DNA from: a virus
IMG/VR virus record: IMGVR_UViG_3300042564_002458
Span: 32,001 to 96,000 of that record
Length of the DNA stretch: 64,000 bases
Reading direction: 5' to 3' (one strand)
A program made the position numbers and the translations under genes. Numbering within the stretch: position 1 is the stretch's first letter; every line of letters begins with the position of its first letter. Under the pieces are notes generated by a model. It had not been told where the DNA came from. It did no database searches and saw only the letters and a program-made list of their open reading frames with translations. This document shows, piece after piece, positions 48,796-58,822 of this stretch.

Positions 48796-49049
48796 TATTC
48801 AACTTCAAAATGTTCTTTCAAATCAGATACACACTGAGATATACCAGCAGCGGTAAATTCACCTTGCCAACCGCTGGCACAAACAGCAATACATTCCTTA
48901 ACAATCAACTCGGCGAACCTTTCAGCAAAAGTATTGGGAATTTCCACAATACCATGATCATCAATTCTACTGGCAATAACAGATTCTACAGGAGTAGATA
49001 CACATTCCTTTAACGCCTGTCTAACTAATTTAGTAATATGTTGGTTCAT
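48795..49049 (-). CDS. MNE/KFAELI/HFGVE family protein
   Basis: ERFAELIVKECI..KEHFEVE. Confidence 0.8.
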   Translation of the reverse strand: MNQHITKLVRQALKECVSTPVESVIASRIDDHGIVEIPNTFAERFAELIVKECIAVCASGWQGEFTAAGISQCVSDLKEHFEVE

Positions 49050-49255
49050 TATAATTCAATCCCAAAATGTTCACAATAAACGTCTACCATACGTGAATGT
49101 CCAGCCATTGCTAATTCTTTACCGTTTAGTTTAATACATTCTGCCACAATCAACTGAGCGAACTTTTCTAGATTGAGTTCGTTCATTGGCCCATCATTGC
49201 TGTCATAATCAGTATTAGTGGACTGTTTTATAAGTTGTTTAATTAGTTCATTCAT
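49049..49255 (-). CDS. MNE/KFAELI/HFGVE family protein
   Basis: MNELIKQL..EKFAQLIVAECI..HFGIEL. Confidence 0.8.
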   Translation of the reverse strand: MNELIKQLIKQSTNTDYDSNDGPMNELNLEKFAQLIVAECIKLNGKELAMAGHSRMVDVYCEHFGIEL

Positions 49256-49455
49256 TATTCAATTCCGAAATGTATCTTTAACGCACCACCTACTGTTTTG
49301 GATAAGTTTTCTCCGCAATAGTCAATACATTCCTGAACAGTCAGCTCGACGAACTTTTCAATGTCTTGTGAAGTATGTAGTGATGGTAAATATTCACCAT
49401 CTTCTCCCGCCATTGGTACAATCTGTAATAACAGTCTTTTAATCTCAGAGTTCAT
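49255..49455 (-). CDS. MNE/KFAELI/HFGVE family protein
   Basis: MNSEIKRL..EKFVELTVQECI..HFGIE. Confidence 0.8.
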   Translation of the reverse strand: MNSEIKRLLLQIVPMAGEDGEYLPSLHTSQDIEKFVELTVQECIDYCGENLSKTVGGALKIHFGIE

Positions 49456-49466
49456 AGTTTTATTAT

Positions 49467-50060
49467 TTACCAAAGTTGAAGATTATATATAGTTTCATTA
49501 CGTGGAGTTAAATAACCTTTGATTACTGAATAATTTAAAAAGGCATCTGACAGATTTGAATTATTATCGTTATAATAGCAAAAGTTTTTAACGTAGTATT
49601 GTACATCAAATTTCTGAGTTAAATCATTAATATTAAAATTGGATTTATGTATTTCGTATGAATTACCGCCATAATCATCTTGAGCCATATTGTTAGGCCA
49701 ACAAATTATTACCCATTTACATTTGTATAAAAAATAATCAAGATAATCTATGACTTCTGATCTAAACAAATGTTCTAATACATCTCCGAATATTACCACA
49801 TCATATTGAAATTTATATTCGGTTTTAATAAAGTCTTGTATAGAAACTGGAAATACGGTATTGTATATGTTGGATAGATTAAATTCTTTTATATATGATT
49901 CAGTTGGTTCAATTGCATCTAATATTCCGGTATATCCTGAGTTTTTAATTAAATTTCCATTTTTTCCAGAACCTACACCTACATCTAAAATTCTAGAAGG
50001 CTTTAATCTATAAATGTGATCTACTAGAAAATTATCGAACGCTATTGATGAATACGGCAT
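49467..50060 (-). CDS. class I SAM-dependent methyltransferase
   Basis: ILDVGVGSG, YDVVIFGDVLEHL. Confidence 0.85.
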   Translation of the reverse strand: MPYSSIAFDNFLVDHIYRLKPSRILDVGVGSGKNGNLIKNSGYTGILDAIEPTESYIKEFNLSNIYNTVFPVSIQDFIKTEYKFQYDVVIFGDVLEHLFRSEVIDYLDYFLYKCKWVIICWPNNMAQDDYGGNSYEIHKSNFNINDLTQKFDVQYYVKNFCYYNDNNSNLSDAFLNYSVIKGYLTPRNETIYNLQLW

Positions 50061-50155
50061 ATTTGTCCTTTAGTTAAATTGTATTTTACAATCACTATAT
50101 TAACAAATCATTGACTTTAAGTCAATGATTTTGGATAGGTGGTCACACATATATT

Positions 50156-50413
50156 TCATTCTTCAACTCCAAAATGTTCTTTAATATGTTTTGCCATGTT
50201 CACATACTCTGGGCGAATTCCCATTTGACTAGGAGCAAAATCTATCCAATCCGTACCTTTTAATCTTATCTGATCAACACATTCATGAATAATCAACTCA
50301 GCAAACTTTAATGTCCATAAACGTTGTTGTTCTTCATATGATTTATCATAATGTTCATTACCAACATAAAAATCAGCATGTTCGGCATGATCAGTAATAC
50401 GCTGTTCGTTCAT
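50156..50413 (-). CDS. MNE/KFAELI/HFGVE family protein
   Basis: MNEQRI..KFAELIIHECV..KEHFGVEE. Confidence 0.8.
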   Translation of the reverse strand: MNEQRITDHAEHADFYVGNEHYDKSYEEQQRLWTLKFAELIIHECVDQIRLKGTDWIDFAPSQMGIRPEYVNMAKHIKEHFGVEE

Positions 50414-50418
50414 ATTTT

Positions 50419-51171
50419 TTACCAATCTGAACTACTAGAATCTGAACTACTAGAATCTGAACTACTATCCCAACTATCAGAACTAACTCCAAAATCACTA
50501 GATGGTGTATATTCAGGTGTAACATTTTTAGTTGGTTGACTACTATTATTACCATTAATTAAATGATTTGCCAATGCTGCTCCCGCTACAGCTCCAACAC
50601 CTACTGCCGCTCCAGTTGCCAAACTACCCATGATACCACTACCAGATGTTGTACTCCCAGATTGAACTGGCGCTGAAGTAGTATTACTTGGTGAAGGATG
50701 AAATGGTGTAATTGGACGATTAGTATTATTTGGCATATAAGATGGAGGTTGTGATTCTCTTTTTCTAACAATAAGCCAGATGATTAAAATACCACAAATT
50801 ACAATACCACAAAAAATTATAATGTTTTGATTACTAATTGATTCTGATTTGGGTTTGATACCCAATGCGTTACGAACACGAGTTACTGATTCTGGTTTGG
50901 CATAACTAAATTTTGGATCCAATGTTTCTGCTTTGAGAAAAGTTTCTTTCGCTAACCAATTTTTTCCCATGGACAATAGTAATTCTGTTTTAACAAAATA
51001 TGCCTTGGAACTATTAGGATGTTTTTTAATGATATCATCAATCATTGACAATGCTTGTTCTTTATTTGTCTGTGAAGTTTGAAAAATTTCCTTAACCGTA
51101 GGATCAGCCAGAACTACATGACCAAAAAATAATGTCATTGACAATATTAATGTTTGAATAATTTTTTTCAT
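50419..51171 (-). CDS. exported TPR-like membrane protein
   Basis: signal peptide, HPNSSKAYFV..AETLDP, TM, Gly-rich and DSSSSDW tail. Confidence 0.75.
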   Translation of the reverse strand: MKKIIQTLILSMTLFFGHVVLADPTVKEIFQTSQTNKEQALSMIDDIIKKHPNSSKAYFVKTELLLSMGKNWLAKETFLKAETLDPKFSYAKPESVTRVRNALGIKPKSESISNQNIIIFCGIVICGILIIWLIVRKRESQPPSYMPNNTNRPITPFHPSPSNTTSAPVQSGSTTSGSGIMGSLATGAAVGVGAVAGAALANHLINGNNSSQPTKNVTPEYTPSSDFGVSSDSWDSSSDSSSSDSSSSDW

Positions 51172-51172
51172 T

Positions 51173-51328
51173 TTACTCTCCTTGATCTTCACGATCATTA
51201 AATTCTTTAATCAATTGTTCTTTAGTTAGTTCCCATTCCACAGGTGGAATACCATGCCATCCGATACATTGACCAATTGGACTGCGACCACAACCACATT
51301 TTGAAAAACCTTCTACTCTTGGTGTCAT
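51173..51328 (-). CDS. CDGSH-like iron-sulfur small protein
   Basis: CGCGRSPIGQCIGWH resembles CxCx2Sx4CDGSH. Confidence 0.6.
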   Translation of the reverse strand: MTPRVEGFSKCGCGRSPIGQCIGWHGIPPVEWELTKEQLIKEFNDREDQGE

Positions 51329-51741
51329 TTTGTTCTCTCTACAATATCTTTGTAACCAGACCAACTTGGATGAATACCATCTGATTGTAGACCACGAATA
51401 GGTAACACAATATCACCGTTAGAAGCAGCAATCTCTCGTACAAAGTCTTGAATCTTTTCAATTGGTACATTGCTGGCTTTTAAATTGCCGGCGGGAAGAA
51501 TCCAAAACACATTCTTTGCACCAATACGTTGTCTCATCTCAAACAGTTGATCGTAGGACTTAACATACTGATGATCGTTACTACCAAGACTAATAATAAC
51601 AGTATTGGCATAGAAAGAACCAGGATACATTTTGTTAAATTGCCAAGTGTTAATTCCACCTTTACCCTGTAATTCACATTGTGGTGCAAATTGTTTTGTT
51701 CCCACGGCAATACTATCACCAATAATCAAACATTCTAACAT
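51325..51741 (-). CDS. SGNH/GDSL hydrolase
   Basis: IGDSIA, SLGSND, DGIHP. Confidence 0.85.
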   Translation of the reverse strand: MLECLIIGDSIAVGTKQFAPQCELQGKGGINTWQFNKMYPGSFYANTVIISLGSNDHQYVKSYDQLFEMRQRIGAKNVFWILPAGNLKASNVPIEKIQDFVREIAASNGDIVLPIRGLQSDGIHPSWSGYKDIVERTK

Positions 51742-51828
51742 ATAATTACCCAAAAGTTAAGTTAATAATAATATTATACATTAATTGTTAATTATCGTCA
51801 ATTGATTTTGGACAAATAACTGAAAATA

Positions 51829-52482
51829 TTAATGATTTGACATATACATTACTTTTTCATTAGGCGGTCCAACTTCGGAAATATATTCAATTTCGGTATT
51901 ATCATTTACTTTTTGAACATATGATTGTGCTTTTAATCTATTAATATCCCAGAAATCAAAACCTAAAAAATACCAATCTCTGTTGGTATGATTAATAAAT
52001 TCATGTGTTTCTTTTGCAGGATTAAATTGAAACAGTAGTCCTTGAGATACTGAAATTTGAATCCCATCTATTTTAATAGTTACTTGATCATCGTGATGAT
52101 TGCTTATACAAAAAATATATCTTCGTATTTGCTTATGATATTGAAAATCGTCAACATGTGGTAAAAGACAACCTCCAGGAATTATTTTCCATACACACAT
52201 TCTTCCAAATGGTCCAGTTTCATTTGTAAGAATTCCGGTTTCTTGACAAAATTTTAATACATTAGGATAATGAGGATTATATTCATAGTTATTTTTTACA
52301 GCAAAAGACAACATATTTTTAAAATAAAAATAATTTAAATTTCTATTAACAAATCTCATTCGTCCTTGATCAAATATACCTATACCTGATCCCAGCGGCT
52401 CAAACCAACTACTATCATCACTATCAATTTCTTTTTGTAAAGTAGTAGCCCAATCTATTTGATACGATATATGTTTAGCCAT
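51829..52482 (-). CDS. 2OG-Fe(II)/Asp-Asn beta-hydroxylase-like dioxygenase
   Basis: PGGCLLPHVD...HEFIN...W. Confidence 0.7.
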   Translation of the reverse strand: MAKHISYQIDWATTLQKEIDSDDSSWFEPLGSGIGIFDQGRMRFVNRNLNYFYFKNMLSFAVKNNYEYNPHYPNVLKFCQETGILTNETGPFGRMCVWKIIPGGCLLPHVDDFQYHKQIRRYIFCISNHHDDQVTIKIDGIQISVSQGLLFQFNPAKETHEFINHTNRDWYFLGFDFWDINRLKAQSYVQKVNDNTEIEYISEVGPPNEKVMYMSNH

Positions 52483-52491
52483 AAAAATACC

Positions 52492-53082
52492 TTATTCTAT
52501 TGTGTAAGTAATAATATATCTAGAAGATATCAAATCAGTTTTGTCAAGACATACTACACAATGAGGTCTATTAATACTTAATATATAAGCCTCCCCATCA
52601 TTCATAATAAATTCATCTAGATCATCAGACCAAAAATTTTTAATATCATTTTTTTTATTAATATATGTTTTCCATTTATTTGAATTTTTAAATCCAATAT
52701 TTATACATGTATTTCTTGTAATATCTTCGTGTATTTCTACATCTAATCCCGGTATAGTTTTAATAATATTAACTCTTTGTGGTATAATTTTATGATTTAA
52801 AAAATCATCCACTAGCAAGTTTTGAGATTTCATTAATTTAGATTGTAATATTTTTAATTTTTGAGAAATTTCTATACATTGAATTTTGAAATTTTCATAA
52901 AAATTTCTTGCAAAAATTATGTTGGTATTTGGAAATTCTTGCCAATGAGCTTTTTTGGAGGGATCAATATATAATTTATTTTTGTCTATTGGATTATATA
53001 ATACAGGTAAATTTTTAGTTAATAATTCAATATCCCAATCAAATGTAATATTAGAATCTAGTTTATAATATATATTATCCAT
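52492..53082 (-). CDS. cupin/2OG-Fe(II)-like protein
   Basis: IHED, CINI, PHCV, RYII. Confidence 0.6.
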   Translation of the reverse strand: MDNIYYKLDSNITFDWDIELLTKNLPVLYNPIDKNKLYIDPSKKAHWQEFPNTNIIFARNFYENFKIQCIEISQKLKILQSKLMKSQNLLVDDFLNHKIIPQRVNIIKTIPGLDVEIHEDITRNTCINIGFKNSNKWKTYINKKNDIKNFWSDDLDEFIMNDGEAYILSINRPHCVVCLDKTDLISSRYIITYTIE

Positions 53083-53117
53083 TGAAATATTTAGTATTTA
53101 AAATAATTGACAAAATA

Positions 53118-53142
53118 ATAAGGGAGATTAAATCTCCCTTAT
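53118..53142. terminator. intrinsic terminator after ompA
   Basis: ATAAGGGAGAT-TAA-ATCTCCCTTAT. Confidence 0.75.
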
Positions 53143-53165
53143 ATCAATAATAAATTATAATATGA

Positions 53166-53717
53166 TTATTGAATTGTAATAACTACTCTTCTATCTGGTG
53201 ACAAACAAGATTTAAATTTCTCAAAGTTTTTCATACCAGTACAAAGTGCAGTATCAGAAGTTGGCTGTGTAGAACCAACACCACTGACAACAAATTTGGA
53301 TTTAAATCCAGTTTTGGAGTTCAGATAATCAGCAACAGCCTGAGCACGTTGTTGACTTAACTTTTGATTATAAGATGATGTACCAATACGATCAGTATGA
53401 CCAATTATAGTCACGATTGAGGTAGTAGTAATACTTTTAATAATCGGATTCAATACTTCACGACCTTTTACAGTCAATGCAGATGAATCGAATTCAAATA
53501 AAACATCACCGTTCAAAGTCATTGGTGTACGTTTTACTTCAGCAACTGGATCACAACCTTTTACTGCGTTAGTAGGAACATAAGTTCCTGTATGCAGACA
53601 AAGACCACTTCCAGTTTGTACAATCTTACCGCTACTATCCGTTACATAACCCTCTGCTGCCATACCGACAGACCAGATGGTTAAGTAGGATAACATGATT
53701 ACTAATAATGCTTTCAT
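53166..53717 (-). CDS. ompA: OmpA-family protein (betaproteobacterial type)
   Basis: VLFEFD, GHTDRIG..YNQKLS..RA, DRRV; N-terminal GLC..G motif. Confidence 0.88.
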   Translation of the reverse strand: MKALLVIMLSYLTIWSVGMAAEGYVTDSSGKIVQTGSGLCLHTGTYVPTNAVKGCDPVAEVKRTPMTLNGDVLFEFDSSALTVKGREVLNPIIKSITTTSIVTIIGHTDRIGTSSYNQKLSQQRAQAVADYLNSKTGFKSKFVVSGVGSTQPTSDTALCTGMKNFEKFKSCLSPDRRVVITIQ

Positions 53718-53732
53718 TGTTATCCTTTGTGA

Positions 53733-54872
53733 TTAGAATTGATGACGTAGACCAACACCAACTACAGTGCTTTTCGCGGTATCAACAGTAGCATAGTTTA
53801 CACTTTGACCAACATAGGCATACGCATTTGTACGCTTAGTGAAGTCATATGTATAACCCAAGTTGTATGAGCTTTGATTCTGAGCATTGTAAGCATCTTT
53901 CATGTTGGTGTTAGGGGCAATCATTGTCCATGACACTAACACACGCGATACAGCGTTCACAGGAACAGTAGCGCCAACGATGTAGCTGTTGTAGCCAACA
54001 CCGGGTGCGAACACCAAGGCGTTTGTGTTACCGTTAGGTCCAACTGCCAATTGTGCACCAGTACCACCAGCACCTGAACCAGCCCAGAAGCCGTCACGAG
54101 TCTGTCCATAACCTGCCATTAATTTTACTACTTTCAAATCATAAGAAGCACCCAAGCTCCAGTTGTTAACTGACTGACCATTCTGAACTGATGATTCAGA
54201 GGCATAAGCTTTGTCATAAGATACAGCTGCATAAACTGGACCATTGGCGTATTTTAAACCAGCGGTAATTTGGCGTGAGTTGTCGCTTGTAGCAAAACCA
54301 TAGCCAGTTGTACCACCATTAGAAGCCAATCCTGTAGCAAACGAATATCCCAAACCGGCTTGAACACCGCTCATAACAGGTGAACGATACATTAATGTAT
54401 TGTCTAGACGTAGTGTATTACCAGATGTAAAGGCATGACCCATGTTCAATTGACCGAATCCTGCCGAGAATGGATCTAAGTTTCCGACTAGCCAATCACT
54501 TGCCAAGTTTGTCATACGACCTAAGCGAACATCGCCCCAGGCACTATTTTGTAATCCAAACCAAGCTTGACGACCAAACATACGACCACTTTGTTGACTT
54601 GTGCCATTACCAAGATCAAATCCGTTTTCCAATTGGAAAATAGCCGAATTGCCGTTACCCATGTCCTCAACGCCCTTGAGACCGAATCGGTTTCCTGACT
54701 GAACGCCATAAGCACCACCAAAGTTGCTAACGCCCTCGCCATTGGCAAGACTGACTGATTGATAGCGTAGACCACCATCGATGAGACCATATAATGTTAC
54801 AGAACTTTGTGCCTGAGCAGCTGTTCCAACGGCCAATGCAGCAGCCAATACTGATAGTTTATAAAATTTCAA
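53733..54872 (-). CDS. Gram-negative general porin (Burkholderiales/Neisseria type)
   Basis: AQSSVTLYGLIDGG, RFGLKGVEDMG, FGRQAWFGL, KRTNAY, C-terminal GLRHQF; TTG start after AGGAG. Confidence 0.92.
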   Translation of the reverse strand: MKFYKLSVLAAALAVGTAAQAQSSVTLYGLIDGGLRYQSVSLANGEGVSNFGGAYGVQSGNRFGLKGVEDMGNGNSAIFQLENGFDLGNGTSQQSGRMFGRQAWFGLQNSAWGDVRLGRMTNLASDWLVGNLDPFSAGFGQLNMGHAFTSGNTLRLDNTLMYRSPVMSGVQAGLGYSFATGLASNGGTTGYGFATSDNSRQITAGLKYANGPVYAAVSYDKAYASESSVQNGQSVNNWSLGASYDLKVVKLMAGYGQTRDGFWAGSGAGGTGAQLAVGPNGNTNALVFAPGVGYNSYIVGATVPVNAVSRVLVSWTMIAPNTNMKDAYNAQNQSSYNLGYTYDFTKRTNAYAYVGQSVNYATVDTAKSTVVGVGLRHQF

Positions 54873-54984
54873 TTTACTTCTCCTTAATGTTTTCAAAAAC
54901 AATATACATTATCACATATAATGTAATATAATACAAGTTTTTTGGTATAATGACTAGTATTTAGTTATTATAATTGAGATTAAA

Positions 54985-55245
54985 TTATTTTATAGGGACA
55001 ATACTTACTACATTGTTCACTCTAAAACTTCTCCATTCTCGTCTATCTAAACTCCATACGCTAATGACATTTGTATTTGATTCGCGACTTCGTTTATTTT
55101 CGGACAAAGATTTTACGGGTAATGCCTCAGAACGTAAAGTGCATAGCATTACTCGTAATTCTCCGTCCACTTTTTTGAAAGTTACTTCACAATCTGTTTG
55201 ATGTAACATTTCCAAAATCTGTGAGTGTGTCGGGTTTTCTTTCAT
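54985..55245 (-). CDS. WYL-like/SH3 beta-barrel protein (DUF2693-like)
   Basis: VTFKKVDGELRVMLCTL..VWSLDRREWRSFR. Confidence 0.75.
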   Translation of the reverse strand: MKENPTHSQILEMLHQTDCEVTFKKVDGELRVMLCTLRSEALPVKSLSENKRSRESNTNVISVWSLDRREWRSFRVNNVVSIVPIK

Positions 55246-55389
55246 ATACTTATCCTTTAAGTAAAATTTTGTCTATTTACTATGATATTTTAATGGAAAG
55301 CCAACAAATTCCGGCAATAATTAATCCTAATGCTGCAAATCCAACAATTTCAAAAATAAGAATTGCAACAATATGAATTAATATATCCA

Positions 55390-55701
55390 TTATTCGTCAG
55401 TTGGGGGAATTCCGTTACTATGTTTGTTGCGTTTTTGTTCCACATCTTGCATAGCTCGTTTTTCTTGTTGTGTACGTTCATCAAAAAACTTACGTGGATT
55501 TCCACACATGAAACAATTACTATCTCCACATGTCATACCACTTACTTTGTGATAACGATGAGAACTTTCATCTCGTGAATCAACAGGCGTACCATAATCT
55601 GCAAATGAATGAACTTTACGAATATTCATTTGTCGGTTAATATGATTTTCTTTTTGTTGTTGACGTTTACTATGTTTGATTTTATCATATTCTGTACTCA
55701 T
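55390..55701 (-). CDS. basic hypothetical protein
   Basis: CGDSNCFMCGNPRK..TQQE. Confidence 0.75.
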   Translation of the reverse strand: MSTEYDKIKHSKRQQQKENHINRQMNIRKVHSFADYGTPVDSRDESSHRYHKVSGMTCGDSNCFMCGNPRKFFDERTQQEKRAMQDVEQKRNKHSNGIPPTDE

Positions 55702-55709
55702 AACAGATC

Positions 55710-56108
55710 CTATTGTAATAGAGTTGGTGATTTATGACGATTGAATGAATCAAATATCTCTAATTCATCATCATTTTCTTCATAATCTTCTAATTCTTGC
55801 CAACAAATTTCTGATATAATGTCACCATCCTCATTCCAAAGAAATCCATTAGGATAAACTGATATACCATTTAAAAATCCACTACTAAACAATAATTCAA
55901 AATTATTGTATGCTTCCCGTAAACTGTTCCCGCCCATGTGTGTGCACATGATGATACCTTCAGGTTCTCGCCGATCATCTTGTGTTTTTGGAAAAACTTT
56001 CCAAAATGTCAACATAAGCGAGTAATTATCAGATGACCATTGAGTGGCATCTATTGTAACTGCTTCAAACTCAAGTGTATCTAAAACTGGAAATTCTTTA
56101 AAGTCCAT
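55710..56108 (-). CDS. acidic hypothetical protein
   Basis: SD AGGTGG. Confidence 0.65.
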   Translation of the reverse strand: MDFKEFPVLDTLEFEAVTIDATQWSSDNYSLMLTFWKVFPKTQDDRREPEGIIMCTHMGGNSLREAYNNFELLFSSGFLNGISVYPNGFLWNEDGDIISEICWQELEDYEENDDELEIFDSFNRHKSPTLLQ

Positions 56109-56246
56109 ATAACACCACCTTTTAAGTTCTATTTTACTTATTATAGTCTATTTACACTATAACATCAACTATATTGGACAATTTTATTAGTCAACAGATT
56201 ATTGAGTTAAAATAGATAAATACTCACATAATAAGGAGAGACAAAA

Positions 56247-56708
56247 ATGTCCGAGAAATATCAGAGTGCAAGTGAAAAGAAAAAAGAAGATTGGATGAAC
56301 TCAAAGTGGCGTCCAATGATGGGTTGGATGTATATGGCAGTTTGTATGACCGATTTTGTACTATTTCCAGTACTATGGAGTTTAGTACAGGCCGTCCATG
56401 GTGGACAAGTAAGTAGTCAGTGGAGTCCTATTACACTTCAAGGTGCTGGATTGTTTCACATGGCAATGGGTGCTATTTTGGGTATTGCTGCATTTGGCAG
56501 AACACAGGAGAAAATGGCTGGGGTCAATAACGGCGGATTAACAACTTCAAATATCTCATCAGGTAGTGTTCCTTTGAGTGCTAATACAATGAACACAATG
56601 AACACAAGTGGATTCCCATCAACTCAAAATTCCATTTCAAATTCACCAATATTAATAAGCAGTACAGGCAAAACAATGCCACCACCACAAATAGATCAAC
56701 CATTATAA
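56247..56708 (+). CDS. 3TM holin-like protein
   Basis: WRPMMGW, LGIAAFGRTQEK; late motif GATAAATA 56215; heads lysis cassette. Confidence 0.75.
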   Translation: MSEKYQSASEKKKEDWMNSKWRPMMGWMYMAVCMTDFVLFPVLWSLVQAVHGGQVSSQWSPITLQGAGLFHMAMGAILGIAAFGRTQEKMAGVNNGGLTTSNISSGSVPLSANTMNTMNTSGFPSTQNSISNSPILISSTGKTMPPPQIDQPL

Positions 56709-56721
56709 CAAGGATAATAAA

Positions 56722-56943
56722 ATGAAAAAGATTCTAACATCACTATTAATAACATTTATAGGAATATTTTCCTCTATGGTTTATGCAGCTGATGAAGCTC
56801 CAAAAACTAAACAAGTATGCAAAGATGTGCTTGATAAAGATAAAAAACCAGTGTTGAACAAAGATGGAACTACAAAACAAACTTGTAAAACAATTAAGAT
56901 TCACAAAAAAGTCGAGGGTACAGAAATCCCTCCAAAGAAATAA
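56722..56943 (+). CDS. small exported protein
   Basis: signal peptide, two Cys, Lys-rich. Confidence 0.75.
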   Translation: MKKILTSLLITFIGIFSSMVYAADEAPKTKQVCKDVLDKDKKPVLNKDGTTKQTCKTIKIHKKVEGTEIPPKK

Positions 56944-56955
56944 TCGGAGATCACT

Positions 56956-57816
56956 ATGTCAGGATTTACATTTAACTTTACTGAACAACAACTAGCACAA
57001 ATGATACCTGGGAATTCATATGTTTCTCAGTGGTATCAGGCATTGTGTAGAATTCTTCCAGAATATGAAATTAATACTCCACAACGAGTGGCAGCATTCG
57101 TGGCACAATGCGCTCATGAGAGTGGAAACTTTCGCTTACTCAAAGAGAACTTAAACTACAAGGCTGAGAGTTTAATGAGAGTATGGCCTAGTCGTTTCCC
57201 AAACATAGAAATCGCGCGTCAGTATGCTATGCAACCAGAAAAGATTGCCAATAAAGTTTACTGTGATCGAATGGGTAATGGTAGTGAGCAGTCAGGAGAT
57301 GGTTGGAAGTATGCAGGAAAGGGATTGATCCAATTAACCGGAAAAGACAATTATACTTGGTTCGCAGAATCTATTGAAACTCCTCTTGAACAAATTCCGG
57401 AATATCTACAAACATTCGAGGGTGCTGTTCAGTCAGCCTGTTGGTTCTGGGAAGTCAATAATTTAAATCAATGGTCTGATGCAGGTGACATTCTTACACT
57501 AACAAAGAGAATAAATGGTGGGACTATCGGTCTTGAAGATCGTATTAAACATTATCAACATGCGCTTCATGTGTTAGGTGGTGCAGTTAGTGAAACTCAA
57601 CATGTAACAGAATCAAGTGGAATTGATATGTCCACTGTTATTCGTCGAGGTAGTAGAGGATCTACTGTAGCGGCCGTACAGTCTAAACTTGGTCTTACTG
57701 CCGATGGTGACTTTGGTCCAGGTACAGAAAGAGCCTTGATGGGATGGCAGCGCGAGAATGGTCTTGAACCTGATGGTATTGCCGGCCCACTAACGTTGGC
57801 TAAAATTCTCGGATAA
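56956..57816 (+). CDS. GH19 endolysin with C-terminal peptidoglycan-binding domain
   Basis: AQCAHESG, ENLNY, G.GLIQLTGKDNY, INGGTIGLEDR; GDFGPGT..DGIAGPLT. Confidence 0.92.
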   Translation: MSGFTFNFTEQQLAQMIPGNSYVSQWYQALCRILPEYEINTPQRVAAFVAQCAHESGNFRLLKENLNYKAESLMRVWPSRFPNIEIARQYAMQPEKIANKVYCDRMGNGSEQSGDGWKYAGKGLIQLTGKDNYTWFAESIETPLEQIPEYLQTFEGAVQSACWFWEVNNLNQWSDAGDILTLTKRINGGTIGLEDRIKHYQHALHVLGGAVSETQHVTESSGIDMSTVIRRGSRGSTVAAVQSKLGLTADGDFGPGTERALMGWQRENGLEPDGIAGPLTLAKILG

Positions 57817-57818
57817 TT

Positions 57819-58265
57819 ATGTGGCAAATAATGTGGCTATTCTCTCTATTACCAGATTTTGTCTATCATATATTATTGATAGTTGGAATAGTTGCTTTTG
57901 CCGGAAGTTATCTTCTGACGATGATTCCATTCTTTACTCAGAATGCATTTATGATTCGTATTGCCAGTATGATTCTCATTATTTTTTGTGTCTGGATGGA
58001 AGGGGGCATGGCTGTTGAATCTAAGTGGAAAGCTCAAGTTGCAGAACTTGAATTGAAGGTTGCCAAGGCAGAGAAAGAATCGGCAGAAGCAAATGGACGT
58101 ATAGAAACTGTATACGTAGATAGAATTAAAGTAGTAAAAGAAATACAATATGTAGTTCAAGGGCGTATATCTAAAGATGCTGATAAATTAGACAAAACTT
58201 GTAAAATTGATCCAGAAGCAATTGAAATACTCAATCAATTCACACACTCTGGAGCGAAGAAATGA
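57819..58265 (+). CDS. i-spanin (Rz-like)
   Basis: N-terminal TMs, coiled coil, C-terminal Cys; follows endolysin. Confidence 0.7.
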   Translation: MWQIMWLFSLLPDFVYHILLIVGIVAFAGSYLLTMIPFFTQNAFMIRIASMILIIFCVWMEGGMAVESKWKAQVAELELKVAKAEKESAEANGRIETVYVDRIKVVKEIQYVVQGRISKDADKLDKTCKIDPEAIEILNQFTHSGAKK

Positions 58266-58519
58266 AATTAGCCACATTATTATTAACCATTTTGTTAACT
58301 GGGTGTGTTACACCAGTGGCTAGAAATTTTCCATCAATTCCAGAATCATTAAAAACTAAATGTGAGGATTTGACTAAAACTCCTCAAACAGATAAGTTAA
58401 GTGTAGTGTTATCAGTCGTGGTAAAGAATTATGGTCAATATCAAGAATGTAGTGCAAAAGTTGATATATGGATAGAGTGGTACAGTGAACAAAAAAAAAT
58501 ATTTGACTCTGTAAAATAA
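58262..58519 (+). CDS. o-spanin (Rz1-like lipoprotein)
   Basis: lipobox LTGC, FPSIP..C..L, NY..Y.EC. Confidence 0.75.
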   Translation: MKLATLLLTILLTGCVTPVARNFPSIPESLKTKCEDLTKTPQTDKLSVVLSVVVKNYGQYQECSAKVDIWIEWYSEQKKIFDSVK

Positions 58520-58540
58520 TAATAACAAAAGGAGCAGTCA

Positions 58541-58822
58541 ATGAATGAAATATTCAAACTGATATCCGATTTAGGTTTCCCAATTGCAGCTGCAATTGCT
58601 GGTGGCTATTTCGTTTATCTAACAATTAAATTATTACTAGCTGGAGTATTATCAGCAGTTAAAGGTATGGCTGGTATTATCACTGCATTAGATAATCGTG
58701 TTAAAACAATGAATCACGATGTTATACGCATCGATACCGTAGTATCAAACGCGTTGGGATTAAAACCTGATGTTGATCGTGTTGCGCGTGCTGATGGTAA
58801 GAATGATGCTCGGAGAGACTAA
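58541..58822 (+). CDS. small membrane protein (GFPI.AA family)
   Basis: LGFPIAAA, ALDNRVKTMNHD. Confidence 0.75.
   Translation: MNEIFKLISDLGFPIAAAIAGGYFVYLTIKLLLAGVLSAVKGMAGIITALDNRVKTMNHDVIRIDTVVSNALGLKPDVDRVARADGKNDARRD

Noticed and set aside
50425-50485. 15-bp tandem repeats TCTGAACTACTAGAA
   Set aside because: Encode the DSSSS low-complexity C-terminus.
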